The notes: generated by a model from the sequence alone, not told the origin. A stretch of 60,205 nt of DNA, filler included, from 4 parts of 4 records of this genome joined end to end with filler, not necessarily neighbours in it, one strand, 5' to 3'. Shown: positions 1 through 11,636, counted from the whole stretch's first letter. Numbers and translations are program-made.

Positions 1-618
1 ATGGACGACGACGACCTGCGCCGGGGCCAGCCGACGGTGCATAAACGGTGGGATGAGGCGACAGCTGTGCTTGTCGGAGATGCGCTTCAGAGCCTTGCGT
101 TCGAGTTATTGACCCGCCCTGAAATGGTGGTTTCAAGCCAGATTAGGGTCGAATTGATCGCCTCTTTGGCCAAATCATCGGGGGTTCAAGGCATGGTTTT
201 GGGCCAAGCCCAAGACATCGCTGCTGAGACTTCAAAGACACCGCTCGGTCTGGCGCAGATCACCGAGCTTCAGGGCCATAAAACCGGCGCGTTGATTGAA
301 TGGTCCGCTTGCGCCGGGGCCATCCTTGGTGGGGCCGATCCTGCGTCGCTGCGTGCCTATGCTAAGGCGCTGGGACTTGCCTTTCAAATCCACGATGACA
401 TTTTAGATGTCGAGGGCGACGTTGCCAAAACCGGCAAAGCCGTGGGCAAAGATGCCGACGCCGGGAAGGCGACATTCGTGTCTCTGCTCGGTCTTGATGA
501 GGCCAAAGCCCGTGCTGAACGCCTTGTGGAACAAGCCTGTGCGGCATTGAGCCCCTATGGAAGCCGCGCCGAACCCTTGCGAGACCTTGCCCGCTTCGTT
601 ATTTCGCGGGAAACCTGA
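1..618 (+). CDS. ispA: Farnesyl diphosphate synthase / polyprenyl synthetase (5'-truncated by window edge)
   Basis: [11 protein letters not shown] first Asp-rich motif, KTGAL and FQIHDDILD second motif; directly upstream of dxs. Confidence 0.93.
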   Translation: MDDDDLRRGQPTVHKRWDEATAVLVGDALQSLAFELLTRPEMVVSSQIRVELIASLAKSSGVQGMVLGQAQDIAAETSKTPLGLAQITELQGHKTGALIEWSACAGAILGGADPASLRAYAKALGLAFQIHDDILDVEGDVAKTGKAVGKDADAGKATFVSLLGLDEAKARAERLVEQACAALSPYGSRAEPLRDLARFVISRET

Positions 619-632
619 GAAAGCGAGACGCT

Positions 633-2561
633 ATGTCTGACCGTCCAGCCACACCCACCCTAGACCGTGTTCATGTTCCGGCCGATCTCAAGGCCCTGTC
701 CGATCCGGAGCTAAAGCGTCTGGCGCATGAGTTGCGGCAGGAAACCATTTCCGCCGTCTCTGTGACCGGCGGTCATCTGGGCGCTGGGCTGGGTGTGGTC
801 GAATTGACCGTGGCGCTGCATGCTGTGTTTGACGCGCCAAAAGATCGTCTGATCTGGGACGTGTCGCACCAATGCTACCCGCATAAAATCCTCACCGGAC
901 GCCGTGACCGTATCCGCACCTTGCGGACCGAAGGTGGCCTGTCCGGCTTCACCAAGCGCTCGGAAAGCCCCTATGATCCCTTTGGTGCGGCGCATAGTTC
1001 GACCTCGATTTCCGCTGCTCTGGGCTTTGCCGTGGCGCGCGATCTGGGCGGTGCGCCCGAGAATGGGATCGGCGATGCCATTGCGGTGATTGGCGATGGG
1101 TCGATGTCGGCTGGTATGGCCTTTGAGGCAATGAACAATGCGGGCCATTTGGGTAAACGGTTGATTGTGATCCTCAACGACAATGAAATGTCGATTGCGC
1201 CGCCCACGGGTGCGCTGTCGTCCTACCTGACCCGTCTCTATGCGGGGGCGCCGTTCCAAGAACTCAAGGCCGCAGCCAAAGGCGCTGTCTCGCTTTTGCC
1301 GCATCCGTTCCAGGAAGGGGCCAAACGCGCCAAGGAAATGCTTAAGGGCATGACTGTCGGCGGCACCTTGTTTGAAGAGTTGGGATTTTCCTATGTCGGG
1401 CCGATTGATGGTCACGATCTGGATCAGCTTCTGTCGGTGTTGCGCACCGTGAAAGCGCGTGCGACCGGGCCGATCCTGATTCATGCGATCACCCAGAAAG
1501 GCAAAGGCTACGCCCCTGCCGAAGGTCGCCCCGACAAAGGTCATGCCACCGGCAAATTCGACATGGTCACGGGAGAGCAGAAAAAGGCCAAATCCAACGC
1601 GCCGTCTTACACTTCTGTGTTTGCCAAAGCGCTGATCCAAGAGGCCGGGTTCGACGATAAAATTGTCGCCGTCACGGCGGCGATGCCGGATGGCACGGGT
1701 TTGAATCTTTTTGCCGAACGATTCCCGACCCGCTGTTTTGATGTGGGCATCGCCGAACAGCATGGCGTGACGTTTTGCGCCGGTCTGGCTGCGGGTGGGA
1801 TGAAACCGTTTTGCACGATGTACTCGACCTTCCTTCAGCGCGGTTATGACCAAGTTGTTCATGATGTTGCGATTCAACGCCTGCCTGTGCGCTTTGCGAT
1901 TGATCGCGCGGGACTTGTTGGCGCCGATGGGGCAACCCATGCGGGATCTTTTGACGTGGCGTTTCTCGCCAACCTGCCCGGCATGGTGGTGATGGCGGCC
2001 GCCGATGAGGCGGAGCTTGTCCATATGGTTGCCACTGCTGCCGCGCATGATGACGGTCCCATCGCCTTTCGCTATCCGCGTGGCGAAGGCGTGGGCGTGC
2101 AGATGCCTGAACGCGGTGTGCCGCTTGAGATTGGCAAAGGTCGTGTTGTGGTTGAGGGCACGCGCGTGGCGCTTTTGTCCTTTGGAACACGTCTCGAATC
2201 CAGCCTGGAAGCGGCTGAAAACCTTGCTGCCAAAGGCGTTTCCTGTACCGTGGCCGACGCGCGCTTTGCCAAACCTCTCGATCATGATTTGATCCGTGAT
2301 CTGGTCGCAAACCATGAGGCCCTGATCACCATTGAAGAAGGCGCTGTCGGTGGATTTGGGTCACATGTGGCCGATTTTCTGGCAAATGAGGGTCTGTTTG
2401 ATCGCGGCCTCAAATTCCGCTCGATGACCTTGCCGGACACATTCATTGATCAGGCAAGCCCTGAGGCGATGTATGCCATGGCAGGTCTCAACACGCCGGA
2501 CATTGAGGCCAAAGTGCTGTCCGCTCTTGGTGTGACCGATCTGTCGAGCAAACGCGCCTAG
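633..2561 (+). CDS. dxs: 1-deoxy-D-xylulose-5-phosphate synthase
   Basis: [38 protein letters not shown]-binding motif, [21 protein letters not shown]. Confidence 0.98.
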   Translation: MSDRPATPTLDRVHVPADLKALSDPELKRLAHELRQETISAVSVTGGHLGAGLGVVELTVALHAVFDAPKDRLIWDVSHQCYPHKILTGRRDRIRTLRTEGGLSGFTKRSESPYDPFGAAHSSTSISAALGFAVARDLGGAPENGIGDAIAVIGDGSMSAGMAFEAMNNAGHLGKRLIVILNDNEMSIAPPTGALSSYLTRLYAGAPFQELKAAAKGAVSLLPHPFQEGAKRAKEMLKGMTVGGTLFEELGFSYVGPIDGHDLDQLLSVLRTVKARATGPILIHAITQKGKGYAPAEGRPDKGHATGKFDMVTGEQKKAKSNAPSYTSVFAKALIQEAGFDDKIVAVTAAMPDGTGLNLFAERFPTRCFDVGIAEQHGVTFCAGLAAGGMKPFCTMYSTFLQRGYDQVVHDVAIQRLPVRFAIDRAGLVGADGATHAGSFDVAFLANLPGMVVMAAADEAELVHMVATAAAHDDGPIAFRYPRGEGVGVQMPERGVPLEIGKGRVVVEGTRVALLSFGTRLESSLEAAENLAAKGVSCTVADARFAKPLDHDLIRDLVANHEALITIEEGAVGGFGSHVADFLANEGLFDRGLKFRSMTLPDTFIDQASPEAMYAMAGLNTPDIEAKVLSALGVTDLSSKRA

Positions 2562-2677
2562 GGGGTGGCTTTGCCAGATTTGCAAGGCGGCTATGAGCAA
2601 AGCATCGCGCCCTTCTTGTTGAACCGTGGGGCTGAATAGGGGAAGTGTGATGCGCACTCTGTTCAGGACTCACCACA

Positions 2678-3871
2678 ATGGCAACCGCCTCCTTCGCCCC
2701 CTCTGCTACGCACCCGGGGATCGTCCTTTTTGCGCTCGCGATGGGTGGGTTTGCGATTGGAACAACCGAATTTGCGTCGATGAGCCTTTTGCCTTTCATG
2801 GCAGAGGGGTTGGACATAACGGAAGCCACGGCAAGCCGGTTGATTTCGGCCTATGCATTGGGCGTGGTCGTTGGCGCGCCTTTGATCGCTGTGGCCGCAG
2901 CGCGGATTGAGCGGCGGCTTTTGCTCATCGGTCTTATGGTGGCCTTTTGTCTGACGCATATTTTGTCTGCGCTTGCCGCCAATTATCCGATGATGTTGGT
3001 CGCGCGGTTTCTCAGCGGTGTGCCGCATGGGGCCTATTTCGGTGTTGCGGCTCTTATGGCGGCGTCCTTGGCGGGGCCGAAAAATCGCGGCAAGGCGGTG
3101 GCACGGCTTATGTTAGGGCTGACCGTGGCGACGGTTGTCGGTGTGCCCGTCGCGAATGTGTTGGGGCAAACGGTGGGCTGGCGTTGGGCCTTTGCTTTGG
3201 TCGGGGTTTTAGCTGCGATTACGGCGCTGATGATCCTGATCTTTGCTCCGAAAACTGAGATTGGCACGGGCTCCAATGCGTTGAGTGAGCTGGACGCACT
3301 TAAGAACCGCCAGGTACTTTTGACGCTGTTGAGCGGAGCCATTGGATTTGGTGGCTTTTTTGCCTTTTATACCTATCTGACCTCAACGCTTATCGACGTG
3401 ACCCATGTCACCGAGGGCAGCATTCCACTCTATCTCGCTCTGATGGGTGCAGGGATGACAATTGGCGCGCTTTTGGCCGGGTGGGCGGCGGATCGAGCGC
3501 TCAATGTCTCGGTCTTTGCCACCTTGTTCATCAACATCGCGTTGCTGTTGATCTATCCCATGATCGCTGATCGGGCCTATGCGATGGCGGTTCTGGTGCT
3601 CGCCTTGGGCATCGCGAACGGGTATCCGATCCTGCTCCAGACCCGATTGATGGATGTGGCACGCGACGCGCAATCGCTTGCTGCGTCTTTGCATCACGCG
3701 GCTTTTAACGCTGCCAATGCTCTGGGGCCTTTCGCAGCCTCCCTCTTTATTGCCAAAGGCTATGGGTTTCCCTCGTCAGGCTATGTCGGTGCCGTGCTTA
3801 CATTTGCAGGCGTCATCCTTTATGCGGTGACGGTGTTCGACCATCGCCGGAACTGGCAAAACAGTCACTGA
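2678..3871 (+). CDS. MFS transporter (DHA1/AraJ-like)
   Basis: 397 aa with about 12 hydrophobic segments; LAMGGFAIGTTEF N-terminus, ARFLSG and FNAANALG motifs. Confidence 0.9.
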   Translation: MATASFAPSATHPGIVLFALAMGGFAIGTTEFASMSLLPFMAEGLDITEATASRLISAYALGVVVGAPLIAVAAARIERRLLLIGLMVAFCLTHILSALAANYPMMLVARFLSGVPHGAYFGVAALMAASLAGPKNRGKAVARLMLGLTVATVVGVPVANVLGQTVGWRWAFALVGVLAAITALMILIFAPKTEIGTGSNALSELDALKNRQVLLTLLSGAIGFGGFFAFYTYLTSTLIDVTHVTEGSIPLYLALMGAGMTIGALLAGWAADRALNVSVFATLFINIALLLIYPMIADRAYAMAVLVLALGIANGYPILLQTRLMDVARDAQSLAASLHHAAFNAANALGPFAASLFIAKGYGFPSSGYVGAVLTFAGVILYAVTVFDHRRNWQNSH

Positions 3872-4731
3872 TCCTGCGCCAAAAGCGCCTTTAGACCCGT
3901 TTTGTAATCGGGATAGATCAGTTTCACGTCCAAATCTCGCTTCATCTTTTCATTGCTGACTTTTTTGCTTTCGGCATAAAAGCTACGGGCCATCGGCGTC
4001 ATGTCGGCGGTTTCAAAATCTTCTTCTGGTGGCAAAGGCAGACCCAAAAGTTCGGCTGCATAGCCGATCACATCTTCTGGTGGCACGGGCAGATCATCGC
4101 AGACATTGTAAATGCCGCTAAGTTCGGGTCGATGAATCGCAGCCTCAAGCACTTGAGCGATGTCTTCCACATGGATGCGTGAAAAAATTTGGCCTTGTTT
4201 GATGATCCGACGCGCTGTGCCGGAGCGGACTTTGGCAAACGGACCACGTCCGGGGCCATAGATGCCAGCAAGGCGGAAAATCGACAGATTAAGACCCAAA
4301 TCCCGCACAAAAGACTGCCAAGCGGCCTCGGCTTCGACCCGAGAGATCCCGCGTTTTGTGGCGGGGGTGAGGGCCGTTTCCTCTGTCACCCAATTCCCCC
4401 CGTGATCACCGTAAACGCCAGTGGTCGACAGATACCCAACCCACGTCAAATGTGGTGCAGCTTCCACCAAGGCTTCTCGATAATGGTGCAACATCGGGTC
4501 ACCGTCAGGGCCGGGCGCGGCGGATACCAAAAGATGTGTGGCTTGGGACAGTTGTGGCAAAATCGGGTCTTGTCCGAGAACCAAAGAGGTCACGCCTGCG
4601 CTGTCAAATTCTTGTGCTCTGTCTGCGCTACGGGTTGTACCTGTGATTGCCCAGCCTTGGGACAAAAGACGGCGTGCAAGAGCCTGGGCGCTATAGCCAT
4701 GGCCGAAGGAAAACAGGTGCGGTTGGGTCAT
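3865..4731 (-). CDS. NAD-dependent epimerase/dehydratase (atypical SDR)
   Basis: FGHGYSA Rossmann motif, YLSTTGVYGD, RLAGIYGPGR, SRIHVEDIA. Confidence 0.9.
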   Translation of the reverse strand: MTQPHLFSFGHGYSAQALARRLLSQGWAITGTTRSADRAQEFDSAGVTSLVLGQDPILPQLSQATHLLVSAAPGPDGDPMLHHYREALVEAAPHLTWVGYLSTTGVYGDHGGNWVTEETALTPATKRGISRVEAEAAWQSFVRDLGLNLSIFRLAGIYGPGRGPFAKVRSGTARRIIKQGQIFSRIHVEDIAQVLEAAIHRPELSGIYNVCDDLPVPPEDVIGYAAELLGLPLPPEEDFETADMTPMARSFYAESKKVSNEKMKRDLDVKLIYPDYKTGLKALLAQDQ

Positions 4732-4886
4732 TGTTGGCCTCTCGTGTCTGATCTCAGGTCACATCTCGGGGCCTTGCGCCCGTCGCCCACTTGGTCTCAA
4801 TTGGACAGCAAGGCTGATTTCTCAGCATTCGACAAAACGGACCCCAAGAGTAATGAGGGACCGTCTTACCGTAAGAGGATATAAGA

Positions 4887-6371
4887 GTGAATACGACAAG
4901 CAAAAGCCTCGCCCTTGAGACACCGCCCTTAATCGCGCCGCGCAATTTTACCGATCCGGCGGCAGCGGTCGCTTTCCTCGAAGAACTCTATTTCGAGGCC
5001 ACATCGTTTTTAGCGGAAAAGTTCTCCCAAGTGGCCAGCGGGCAGGCACCCACCGCGCGCTACCGGGCCTTTTATCCCGAAATCCGCGTTGTGACGACCT
5101 CCTATGCCGCAATGGACAGCCGCTTGTCGTTTGGGCATGTCGCCAAGCCGGGGATGTATTCCACAACGATTACGCGCCCGGATTTGTTTCGCAATTACCT
5201 CACCCAACAAATCAAACAGATCGTGCGCAATCATGGTGTGAGCGTCGAAATTGGCATCTCTGACACGCCGATGCCGGTGCATTTTGCTGTCGCCAACGAC
5301 GAATCCGTGACCGTCCCGCAAGAGGGAGTCATGTCCTACCCGCTGCGCGATGTATTTGATGTGCCGGATTTGACCACCACCCATGACGATATCGTCAACG
5401 GGTTTGGCTTTCTGCATGAGGACGGCTCGGCCGCGCTTGCGCCCTTTACGGCGCAGCGGATTGATTACTCACTGGCCCGTCTGTCCCATTATACTGCGAC
5501 GGATGCGAGCCATTTTCAGAACCATGTGTTGTTCACAAACTATCAATTCTATGTCTCGGAATTTGAGGCCTATGCCCGTCAGGTCCTGGCCGATCCGAAC
5601 AGCGGTTACACAAGTTTCGTCTCAACCGGGAATGTCGAGATTTTTGATGCCGAGACGGAGATTCCGCCCACGACCAAAACGCCGCAAATGCCGACCTATC
5701 ATTTGAAGCGTGCGGATGGGTCGGGGATCACTTTGGTCAATATCGGCGTGGGTCCGTCGAATGCCAAAACCGCAACCGATCATATCGCGGTGCTGCGGCC
5801 TCATGCCTGGATCATGGTCGGACATTGCGCCGGTCTTCGCAATTCTCAGCGGCTGGGTGATTTCGTTTTGGCGCACGCCTATCTGCGTGAAGATCATGTG
5901 CTGGATGCGGACCTGCCGGTCTGGGTGCCGATCCCAGCCTTGGCGGAAATTCAGACCTCTTTGGAAACCGCTGTCGAACAGGTGACCAAACTGGAGGGCT
6001 ACGAGTTAAAGCGGATCATGCGCACCGGCACGGTGGCGACGATTGACAACCGCAACTGGGAATTGCGCGATCAATCCGGACCGGTTCAGCGTCTCAGTCA
6101 GTCGCGGGCCATCGCCCTTGATATGGAATCTGCCACCATTGCCGCCAACGGATTCCGGTTCCGGGTGCCCTATGGCACGTTGCTTTGCGTGTCTGATAAG
6201 CCGCTTCATGGTGAGCTAAAGTTACCCGGTATGGCCTCTGATTTCTACAAATCACAGGTTGCGAGGCATCTTTTGATCGGCATTCGTTCGATGGAAATCC
6301 TCCGTGAAATGCCGATCGAGCGCATTCACAGCCGCAAATTGCGGTCATTTGAGGAGACCGCTTTCCTTTAA
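4887..6371 (+). CDS. amn: AMP nucleosidase
   Basis: VLFTNYQFY, QMPTYHL, NIGVGPSNAKT, GHCAGLR, DMESATIAANGFRFRVPYGTLLCVSDKPLHGE; GTG start. Confidence 0.96.
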   Translation: MNTTSKSLALETPPLIAPRNFTDPAAAVAFLEELYFEATSFLAEKFSQVASGQAPTARYRAFYPEIRVVTTSYAAMDSRLSFGHVAKPGMYSTTITRPDLFRNYLTQQIKQIVRNHGVSVEIGISDTPMPVHFAVANDESVTVPQEGVMSYPLRDVFDVPDLTTTHDDIVNGFGFLHEDGSAALAPFTAQRIDYSLARLSHYTATDASHFQNHVLFTNYQFYVSEFEAYARQVLADPNSGYTSFVSTGNVEIFDAETEIPPTTKTPQMPTYHLKRADGSGITLVNIGVGPSNAKTATDHIAVLRPHAWIMVGHCAGLRNSQRLGDFVLAHAYLREDHVLDADLPVWVPIPALAEIQTSLETAVEQVTKLEGYELKRIMRTGTVATIDNRNWELRDQSGPVQRLSQSRAIALDMESATIAANGFRFRVPYGTLLCVSDKPLHGELKLPGMASDFYKSQVARHLLIGIRSMEILREMPIERIHSRKLRSFEETAFL

Positions 6372-6503
6372 GGGAGGTTTTTTCACCCAAAATGCGCGAA
6401 AACATACCGCTCTGTTACACTAGGCGTTGTGCGGCCCCTCAATATTCGCTTAGAAATGCGCAATAACCCTCTACTGCATGGGGGACTACGAGGAGATACA
6501 GAC

Positions 6504-6791
6504 ATGTCGAAACCGATGACCAAGACCCAACTCGTTGCTGCTCTCGCCGAAGAGATGGGCTCCGACAAAAAATCTGCAGGGGCTGCTCTTGATGCAATCA
6601 CTGCGCTCATCACCAAAGAAGTTTCCGGCGGTGGCGCTGTGACTCTTCCGGGTGTTGGCAAAATTTATTGCCGTGAACGTCCTGCACGCATGGTCCGCAA
6701 CCCGCAAACGGGTGACCAGATGCCGAAAGACGCCGACAAGGTTGTGAAAATGACCATCGCCAAAGCGTTGAAAGACAGCGTAAACGGCTAA
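6504..6791 (+). CDS. HU family DNA-binding protein
   Basis: MTKTQLVAALAE..RPARMVRNPQTG..AKALKDSVN; start moved to ATG 6504 behind a GAGGAG RBS. Confidence 0.92.
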   Translation: MSKPMTKTQLVAALAEEMGSDKKSAGAALDAITALITKEVSGGGAVTLPGVGKIYCRERPARMVRNPQTGDQMPKDADKVVKMTIAKALKDSVNG

Positions 6792-6814
6792 TCGGTCGAT
6801 TGAGTTATTTCTGG

Positions 6815-6850
6815 GAGGGGTCGCGCACAGTCGCGGCCCTTCTTCGTTTG
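6815..6850 (+). terminator. Probable intrinsic terminator after HU
   Basis: GAGGGGTCGCG-cacagt-CGCGGCCCTTC hairpin with G-U pairs, followed by TTCGTTT. Confidence 0.55.
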
Positions 6851-6860
6851 GGGGCATGAT

Positions 6861-7721
6861 ATGGATATCAGAGCGATCGTAATGGGGTTGGCCTTCGTGC
6901 TGATGTGGTCCTCGGCCTTCACATCTGCTCGGATTATCGTTGCAGATGCGCCAGCGCTTGCGGCCTTGTCTGTACGGTTTGCCCTTTCTGGTTTGGCGGG
7001 GGTGGCGCTGGCCAAACTGCTTGGTCAATCGTGGAATTTTACCCGTACACAATGGAAAAGCATCATCCTCTTTGGTCTGTGCCAAAACGTTGCCTATCTG
7101 GGCCTGTATTTTTTGGCGATGCGGACGGTTGAGGCCTCCCTTGCGGCGGTTCTTGCCTCATCCATGCCGCTTGTCGTGGCTTTGCTTTCAACCCTAATCC
7201 TGCGCGAAACTCCTAAACCTATGGCGATCTTTGGCCTCGTGTTGGGGTTCATGGGGGTGTTGATCATCATGAGCACGCGCTTGTCGAGTGGCAGTGATCT
7301 TGTGGGGATTGCCATGTGTAGTGTCGGCACTGTCGCGCTTGCGATTGCGACGCTGGCTGTGCGGTCGACGAATGCCGGAGGCAATGTTTTGATGGTGGTT
7401 GGTGTGCAAAGTCTGATCGGATCGATGGTGCTTGCTGTGCTATCCCCGGCGATTGACATATATGAGCTCACCATGTCCGCCAAATTGGTCTGGGCGATGC
7501 TCTACACAACCTTCGTTCCGGGGCTCATGGCCACTTGGATTTGGTTCAAACTGGTTGAGCGCATTGGAACCGTCAAATCCGCAGCCTTCCACTTTCTCAA
7601 CCCGTTTTTTGGCGTCGCGATCGCGGCGCTGTTGCTGGGCGAACATGTCAGCCAATGGGATATTTACGGCGTTTTGACCATCATGGCGGGCATTTTAGCG
7701 GTTCAAATGTCTAAGGCATGA
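6861..7721 (+). CDS. DMT/EamA family transporter
   Basis: 286 aa with about 10 TM segments; WSSAF motif and FLNPFFG..LLGE EamA-type C-terminal repeat. Confidence 0.88.
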   Translation: MDIRAIVMGLAFVLMWSSAFTSARIIVADAPALAALSVRFALSGLAGVALAKLLGQSWNFTRTQWKSIILFGLCQNVAYLGLYFLAMRTVEASLAAVLASSMPLVVALLSTLILRETPKPMAIFGLVLGFMGVLIIMSTRLSSGSDLVGIAMCSVGTVALAIATLAVRSTNAGGNVLMVVGVQSLIGSMVLAVLSPAIDIYELTMSAKLVWAMLYTTFVPGLMATWIWFKLVERIGTVKSAAFHFLNPFFGVAIAALLLGEHVSQWDIYGVLTIMAGILAVQMSKA

Positions 7722-7729
7722 TTGGGGTC

Positions 7730-8836
7730 TTATTCGGCCCCAAATCTACCTCGCAACCCTTCGCCAACTTGACCACGATGCAGCAGAAGGTGATCCAAAA
7801 TCACGCAAGCCATCATTGCTTCGCCCACAGGTACAGCGCGGATGCCGACACAGGGGTCATGACGCCCCTTGGTGATCAGGTCGGTGTTTTCGCCCGCCTG
7901 AGTGATCGTTTTGCGCGAGGTGAGGATCGAGGAGGTGGGTTTCACCGCAAACCGCACAACAAGGTCTTGCCCGGTCGAAATCCCGCCAAGAATGCCACCG
8001 GCATGATTAGACCCAAATTCAGGCCCATTTGGCCCCATCCGCATCTCGTCGGCGTTCTCTTCACCAGACAGGCACGCAGCATTCATACCTTCGCCAATTT
8101 CGACGCCTTTCACTGCGTTGATCGACATCATCGCTGCGGCCAAATCCGTGTCTAACTTGGCGTAAATCGGTGCGCCAAGCCCGGCTGGCGCGCCTTTCGC
8201 GACCACTTCAATAATGGCCCCAATAGAGGACCCGCTTTTGCGAACACCATCGAGATAAGTGGCCCATGTTTCGGCTGTTTTGGCGGAGGGCACCCAAAAC
8301 GGGTTGTTGTCGATCTCAGAGAAATCGCGTTCGCCTTCGATCCCATGCGGGCCGATCTGGGTCATGTAGCCCTTGATCTCAAGACCAGGCACCAATGCGG
8401 CCAAAACCGCACGTGCAATACCGCCCGCGGCCACACGCGCCGCGGTTTCGCGCGCACTGGAGCGACCGCCCCCGCGATAATCGCGGATGCCATATTTTTG
8501 GAAATAGGTGATATCGGCATGGCCCGGACGAAAGGCTTGCGCGATCTCGCCATAATCCTTTGAGCGCTGATCGGTGTTGCGGATCATCAATTGGATCGGC
8601 GTCCCCGTGGTCTTACCCTCGAACACCCCGGACAGGATTTCCACTTGGTCCGGTTCGCGCCGCTGAGTGGTGTATTTCGATGTCCCCGGCTTGCGTTTAT
8701 CAAGCCAGATCTGAAGCATGTCCTCATTGATTTCGATGCCCGGAGGACAGCCATCCACTGTCGCGCCAAGCGCCGGACCATGGCTTTCGCCCCATGTTGT
8801 GAAACGAAACAGATGTCCGAATGTGTTCATGCTCAT
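7730..8836 (-). CDS. aroC: Chorismate synthase
   Basis: [40 protein letters not shown]. Confidence 0.98.
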   Translation of the reverse strand: MSMNTFGHLFRFTTWGESHGPALGATVDGCPPGIEINEDMLQIWLDKRKPGTSKYTTQRREPDQVEILSGVFEGKTTGTPIQLMIRNTDQRSKDYGEIAQAFRPGHADITYFQKYGIRDYRGGGRSSARETAARVAAGGIARAVLAALVPGLEIKGYMTQIGPHGIEGERDFSEIDNNPFWVPSAKTAETWATYLDGVRKSGSSIGAIIEVVAKGAPAGLGAPIYAKLDTDLAAAMMSINAVKGVEIGEGMNAACLSGEENADEMRMGPNGPEFGSNHAGGILGGISTGQDLVVRFAVKPTSSILTSRKTITQAGENTDLITKGRHDPCVGIRAVPVGEAMMACVILDHLLLHRGQVGEGLRGRFGAE

Positions 8837-8996
8837 CGGGTGCTCCTCAGGTTTCCCCTGCTTTACCCGATGTCACATCCTTGAGCAATCAAGGGAAGTC
8901 ATTCTGTGGCGCACATAAAGCGCATCCTGAACCAACCTGTCTCTCCCGCAATGTCGGAGGGGCTTGAACTTCTCTCAAAGGGGCAATAGCGTGACC

Positions 8997-9090
8997 GACA
9001 CCTCGGGGTGCCCGTGTGCAACACGGCTGAGATGCGAAAGCGGACCCGTTGAACCTGAACCGGCTAACACCGGCGGAGGGAAGGTATCAG
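8997..9090 (+). ncRNA. TPP riboswitch (THI box)
   Basis: GGGGTGCCC..GGCTGAGA..ACCCGTTGAACCTGAACCGGCTAACACCGGCGGAGGGAA directly upstream of thiBPQ. Confidence 0.95.
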
Positions 9091-9141
9091 CGATCACCAT
9101 TCGCCACCTTTTTCTTCGCCCATTTTTGAATGGAGCGAGCC

Positions 9142-10116
9142 ATGAAATATGGATTTACACTTGCGGCACTGGTTGCGGCCTCGGCGGCTCACGCAGACCC
9201 CTTGACCATCTATGCCCCCGACTATTTTGCCTCGGAGTGGGGTCCCGGCCCGGCGATCAAGGCGGCGTTTGAGGCCGAATGCGACTGTGAGATTGAATAT
9301 GTCACGGGTGATTTGCTGCCTCGGATTCTGTTGGAAGGCGAGCGGACCAAGGCGGATGTGGCCATCGGTTTCAATTCCGATGTGACCAAGAAAGCCCGTG
9401 AAACCGGGCTTTTCGCGCCGCACGGGCTGGACCTGTCGCCGTTGACCCTGCCGCTTGAGTGGACGGACGACACATTCTTGCCGTTCAACTGGAGCTACAC
9501 GGCCTTTGTCTATGACAACACCAAAATCAAAAATCCGCCGACGTCCTTCCATGACTTGGTGAATTCAGATGAGAATTGGTCCATCGCAATCCAAGACCCG
9601 CGCACGTCGATCTCGGGGCTGGCTTTGGTGTTGTGGGGCAAGGAGGTATTCGGGGACGACGCCGAGGCCGCATGGGCAAAATTGGCGCCGAAAGTCACCA
9701 CAGTGACCAAGGGCTGGTCCGAAGCTTACGGCCTGTTTACCGATGGTGAGGTGGACATGGTACTCTCCTACACGACCTCACCCGCCTACCACATCATCGC
9801 TGAAGAGGATGCCACCAAGTCCGCCGCACTGTTTGACGAAGGCCACTATTTCATGGTCGAACTCGCCGCAAAGCTGAAAGGCACCGATCAACCGGAGCTT
9901 GCGGATGCGTTCATGGCCTTTATCCTCTCTCCGACGTTCCAAAACATCATTCCGACGGCGAACTGGTCCTATCCTGCCGCTTTGCCACGCGATCAATGGC
10001 CGGATGCGTTCTCCGAATTGAACTATCCGGAAAAGGCCATTTTCCTGAATGAAGACGAAGCGGATGCGTTGCGGGACGAGGCGATTGCCGAATGGCGCAC
10101 CGCGTTTTCGCAATAA
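9142..10116 (+). CDS. thiB: Thiamine ABC transporter substrate-binding protein
   Basis: Signal peptide, SEWGPGPAIK, QDPRTS, KGWSEAYGLF..VLSYTTSPAYH; start set at ATG 9142 after GGAG. Confidence 0.95.
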   Translation: MKYGFTLAALVAASAAHADPLTIYAPDYFASEWGPGPAIKAAFEAECDCEIEYVTGDLLPRILLEGERTKADVAIGFNSDVTKKARETGLFAPHGLDLSPLTLPLEWTDDTFLPFNWSYTAFVYDNTKIKNPPTSFHDLVNSDENWSIAIQDPRTSISGLALVLWGKEVFGDDAEAAWAKLAPKVTTVTKGWSEAYGLFTDGEVDMVLSYTTSPAYHIIAEEDATKSAALFDEGHYFMVELAAKLKGTDQPELADAFMAFILSPTFQNIIPTANWSYPAALPRDQWPDAFSELNYPEKAIFLNEDEADALRDEAIAEWRTAFSQ

Positions 10117-11636
10117 GGCTTTGGCCGGGGCTCATCGCTGCGGCTTTGGTCGCAGCCTTGAGCCTTGGCACTCTGGGCGTTGTCGCGCTTCGGGCTGAAA
10201 GCTTTTCAACCCTGTCTAAATTTGACTGGATGGCGGTGCGGTTCACCGTTGTTCAGGCGCTGATCTCTGCGGGCCTGTCGGTGATCTTGGCGGTTCCCGT
10301 CGCACGCGGTTTGGCGCGGCGTGATTTTTATGGGCGTCGTCTTTTGATCACCCTTTTGGGTGCGCCATTTATCCTGCCGACGATTGTCGCCATCCTCGGC
10401 TTGACTGCGGTGTTCGGCAAAACGGGATTTGTCTCGATCGCGCTCAATTGGGCTGGATTAGAGCCGATTTCGATCTACGGTTTCCATGGTGTGATCCTTG
10501 CGCATGTGTTCTTTAATCTGCCGCTTGCAACGCGGTTGTTGCTTCAGGGTTGGGGCGCCATCCCGTCCGAGAGGTTCCGCCTTGCGGCGTCGCTTAATTT
10601 CTCTCCGCGCGACATGCTTCGCCACATCGAAGGACCGATGCTTAAAGAGATCGTGCCCGGCGCGTTTGCTGTCATTTTTCTGATTTGCACCACCTCTTTT
10701 GCCGTCGCTCTGACTTTTGGTGGCGGACCGAAAGCCACCACCGTTGAACTCGCAATCTACGAGGCGTTTCGCTATGATTTCAACCTCGGTAAAGCCTCAC
10801 TTTTGGCGCTGATCCAAGTGGTGATCTGTGCGGTTGCTGCCTTTGTATCGCTGAAATTTCGGGTTCCCCAGGTGGGAGGGGCTGGGTTGGATCGCCCTGT
10901 GCAGCGGTTCGATGTTCATAGGTTGAGCGCACGGGGGGTGGATTTGTTTTGGATCATGATGGTCAGTCTCTTCTTGCTCCTGCCGCTTCTGGCCATCGTC
11001 CTGCGTGGCGCATATGGGGTGTTTGATCTGCCCATCTCCGTTTGGTCTGCGGCCCTGCGTTCCCTTGTGACGGCCCTTGGATCGGCCGCATTGGCGATCA
11101 TCTTGTCCCTGTCGCTTAGTCTCTCGGCACTGCGCTGGCGGTGGTTGGAAGGCATCGGCATGACGGCCATTGCAGCCTCGCCGCTGGTCATGGGCACAGG
11201 GCTTTACATAGTGCTTTTTGCTGTGGCCGATCCGGCGGATTGGGCTTTGTTCATCACTGCTTTGGTCAATGCGGTGATGTCCTTGCCGTTTATTTTGCGC
11301 GCGATTGGGCCCGCTTTGGCGACAACGGAGCGAACTTATGGGCGCTTGTCCGACAGTCTTGGGCTGATGGGATGGACCCGCGTGCGGCTTGTTCTGTGGC
11401 CCAGGTTGCGCGGGCCTGTGGGCTTTTCGGCCGGGTTGGCTGCGGCGCTGTCGATGGGGGATCTTGGCGTGATCGCCCTTTTTGCGCGCCCTGACTCCGC
11501 AACACTCCCGCTGCAAATCTACCGCTTGATGGGGTCTTACCGGATGGATCAGGCGATGGGGGCGTCTTTACTGCTTCTTGGGTTGAGTTTGGCTCTGTTT
11601 TATATCTTTGATCTTTGGGGGAGACGCCGTGCTTGA
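10092..11636 (+). CDS. thiP: Thiamine ABC transporter permease
   Basis: Two permease halves; AHVFFNLPLA, GGGPKATTVELAIY, LSMGDLGVIALF. Confidence 0.94.
   Translation: MAHRVFAIRLWPGLIAAALVAALSLGTLGVVALRAESFSTLSKFDWMAVRFTVVQALISAGLSVILAVPVARGLARRDFYGRRLLITLLGAPFILPTIVAILGLTAVFGKTGFVSIALNWAGLEPISIYGFHGVILAHVFFNLPLATRLLLQGWGAIPSERFRLAASLNFSPRDMLRHIEGPMLKEIVPGAFAVIFLICTTSFAVALTFGGGPKATTVELAIYEAFRYDFNLGKASLLALIQVVICAVAAFVSLKFRVPQVGGAGLDRPVQRFDVHRLSARGVDLFWIMMVSLFLLLPLLAIVLRGAYGVFDLPISVWSAALRSLVTALGSAALAIILSLSLSLSALRWRWLEGIGMTAIAASPLVMGTGLYIVLFAVADPADWALFITALVNAVMSLPFILRAIGPALATTERTYGRLSDSLGLMGWTRVRLVLWPRLRGPVGFSAGLAAALSMGDLGVIALFARPDSATLPLQIYRLMGSYRMDQAMGASLLLLGLSLALFYIFDLWGRRRA

Noticed and set aside
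711-2315. 534-aa minus-strand ORF
   Set aside because: Antisense shadow of dxs with no recognisable motifs; expected in GC-rich coding DNA.
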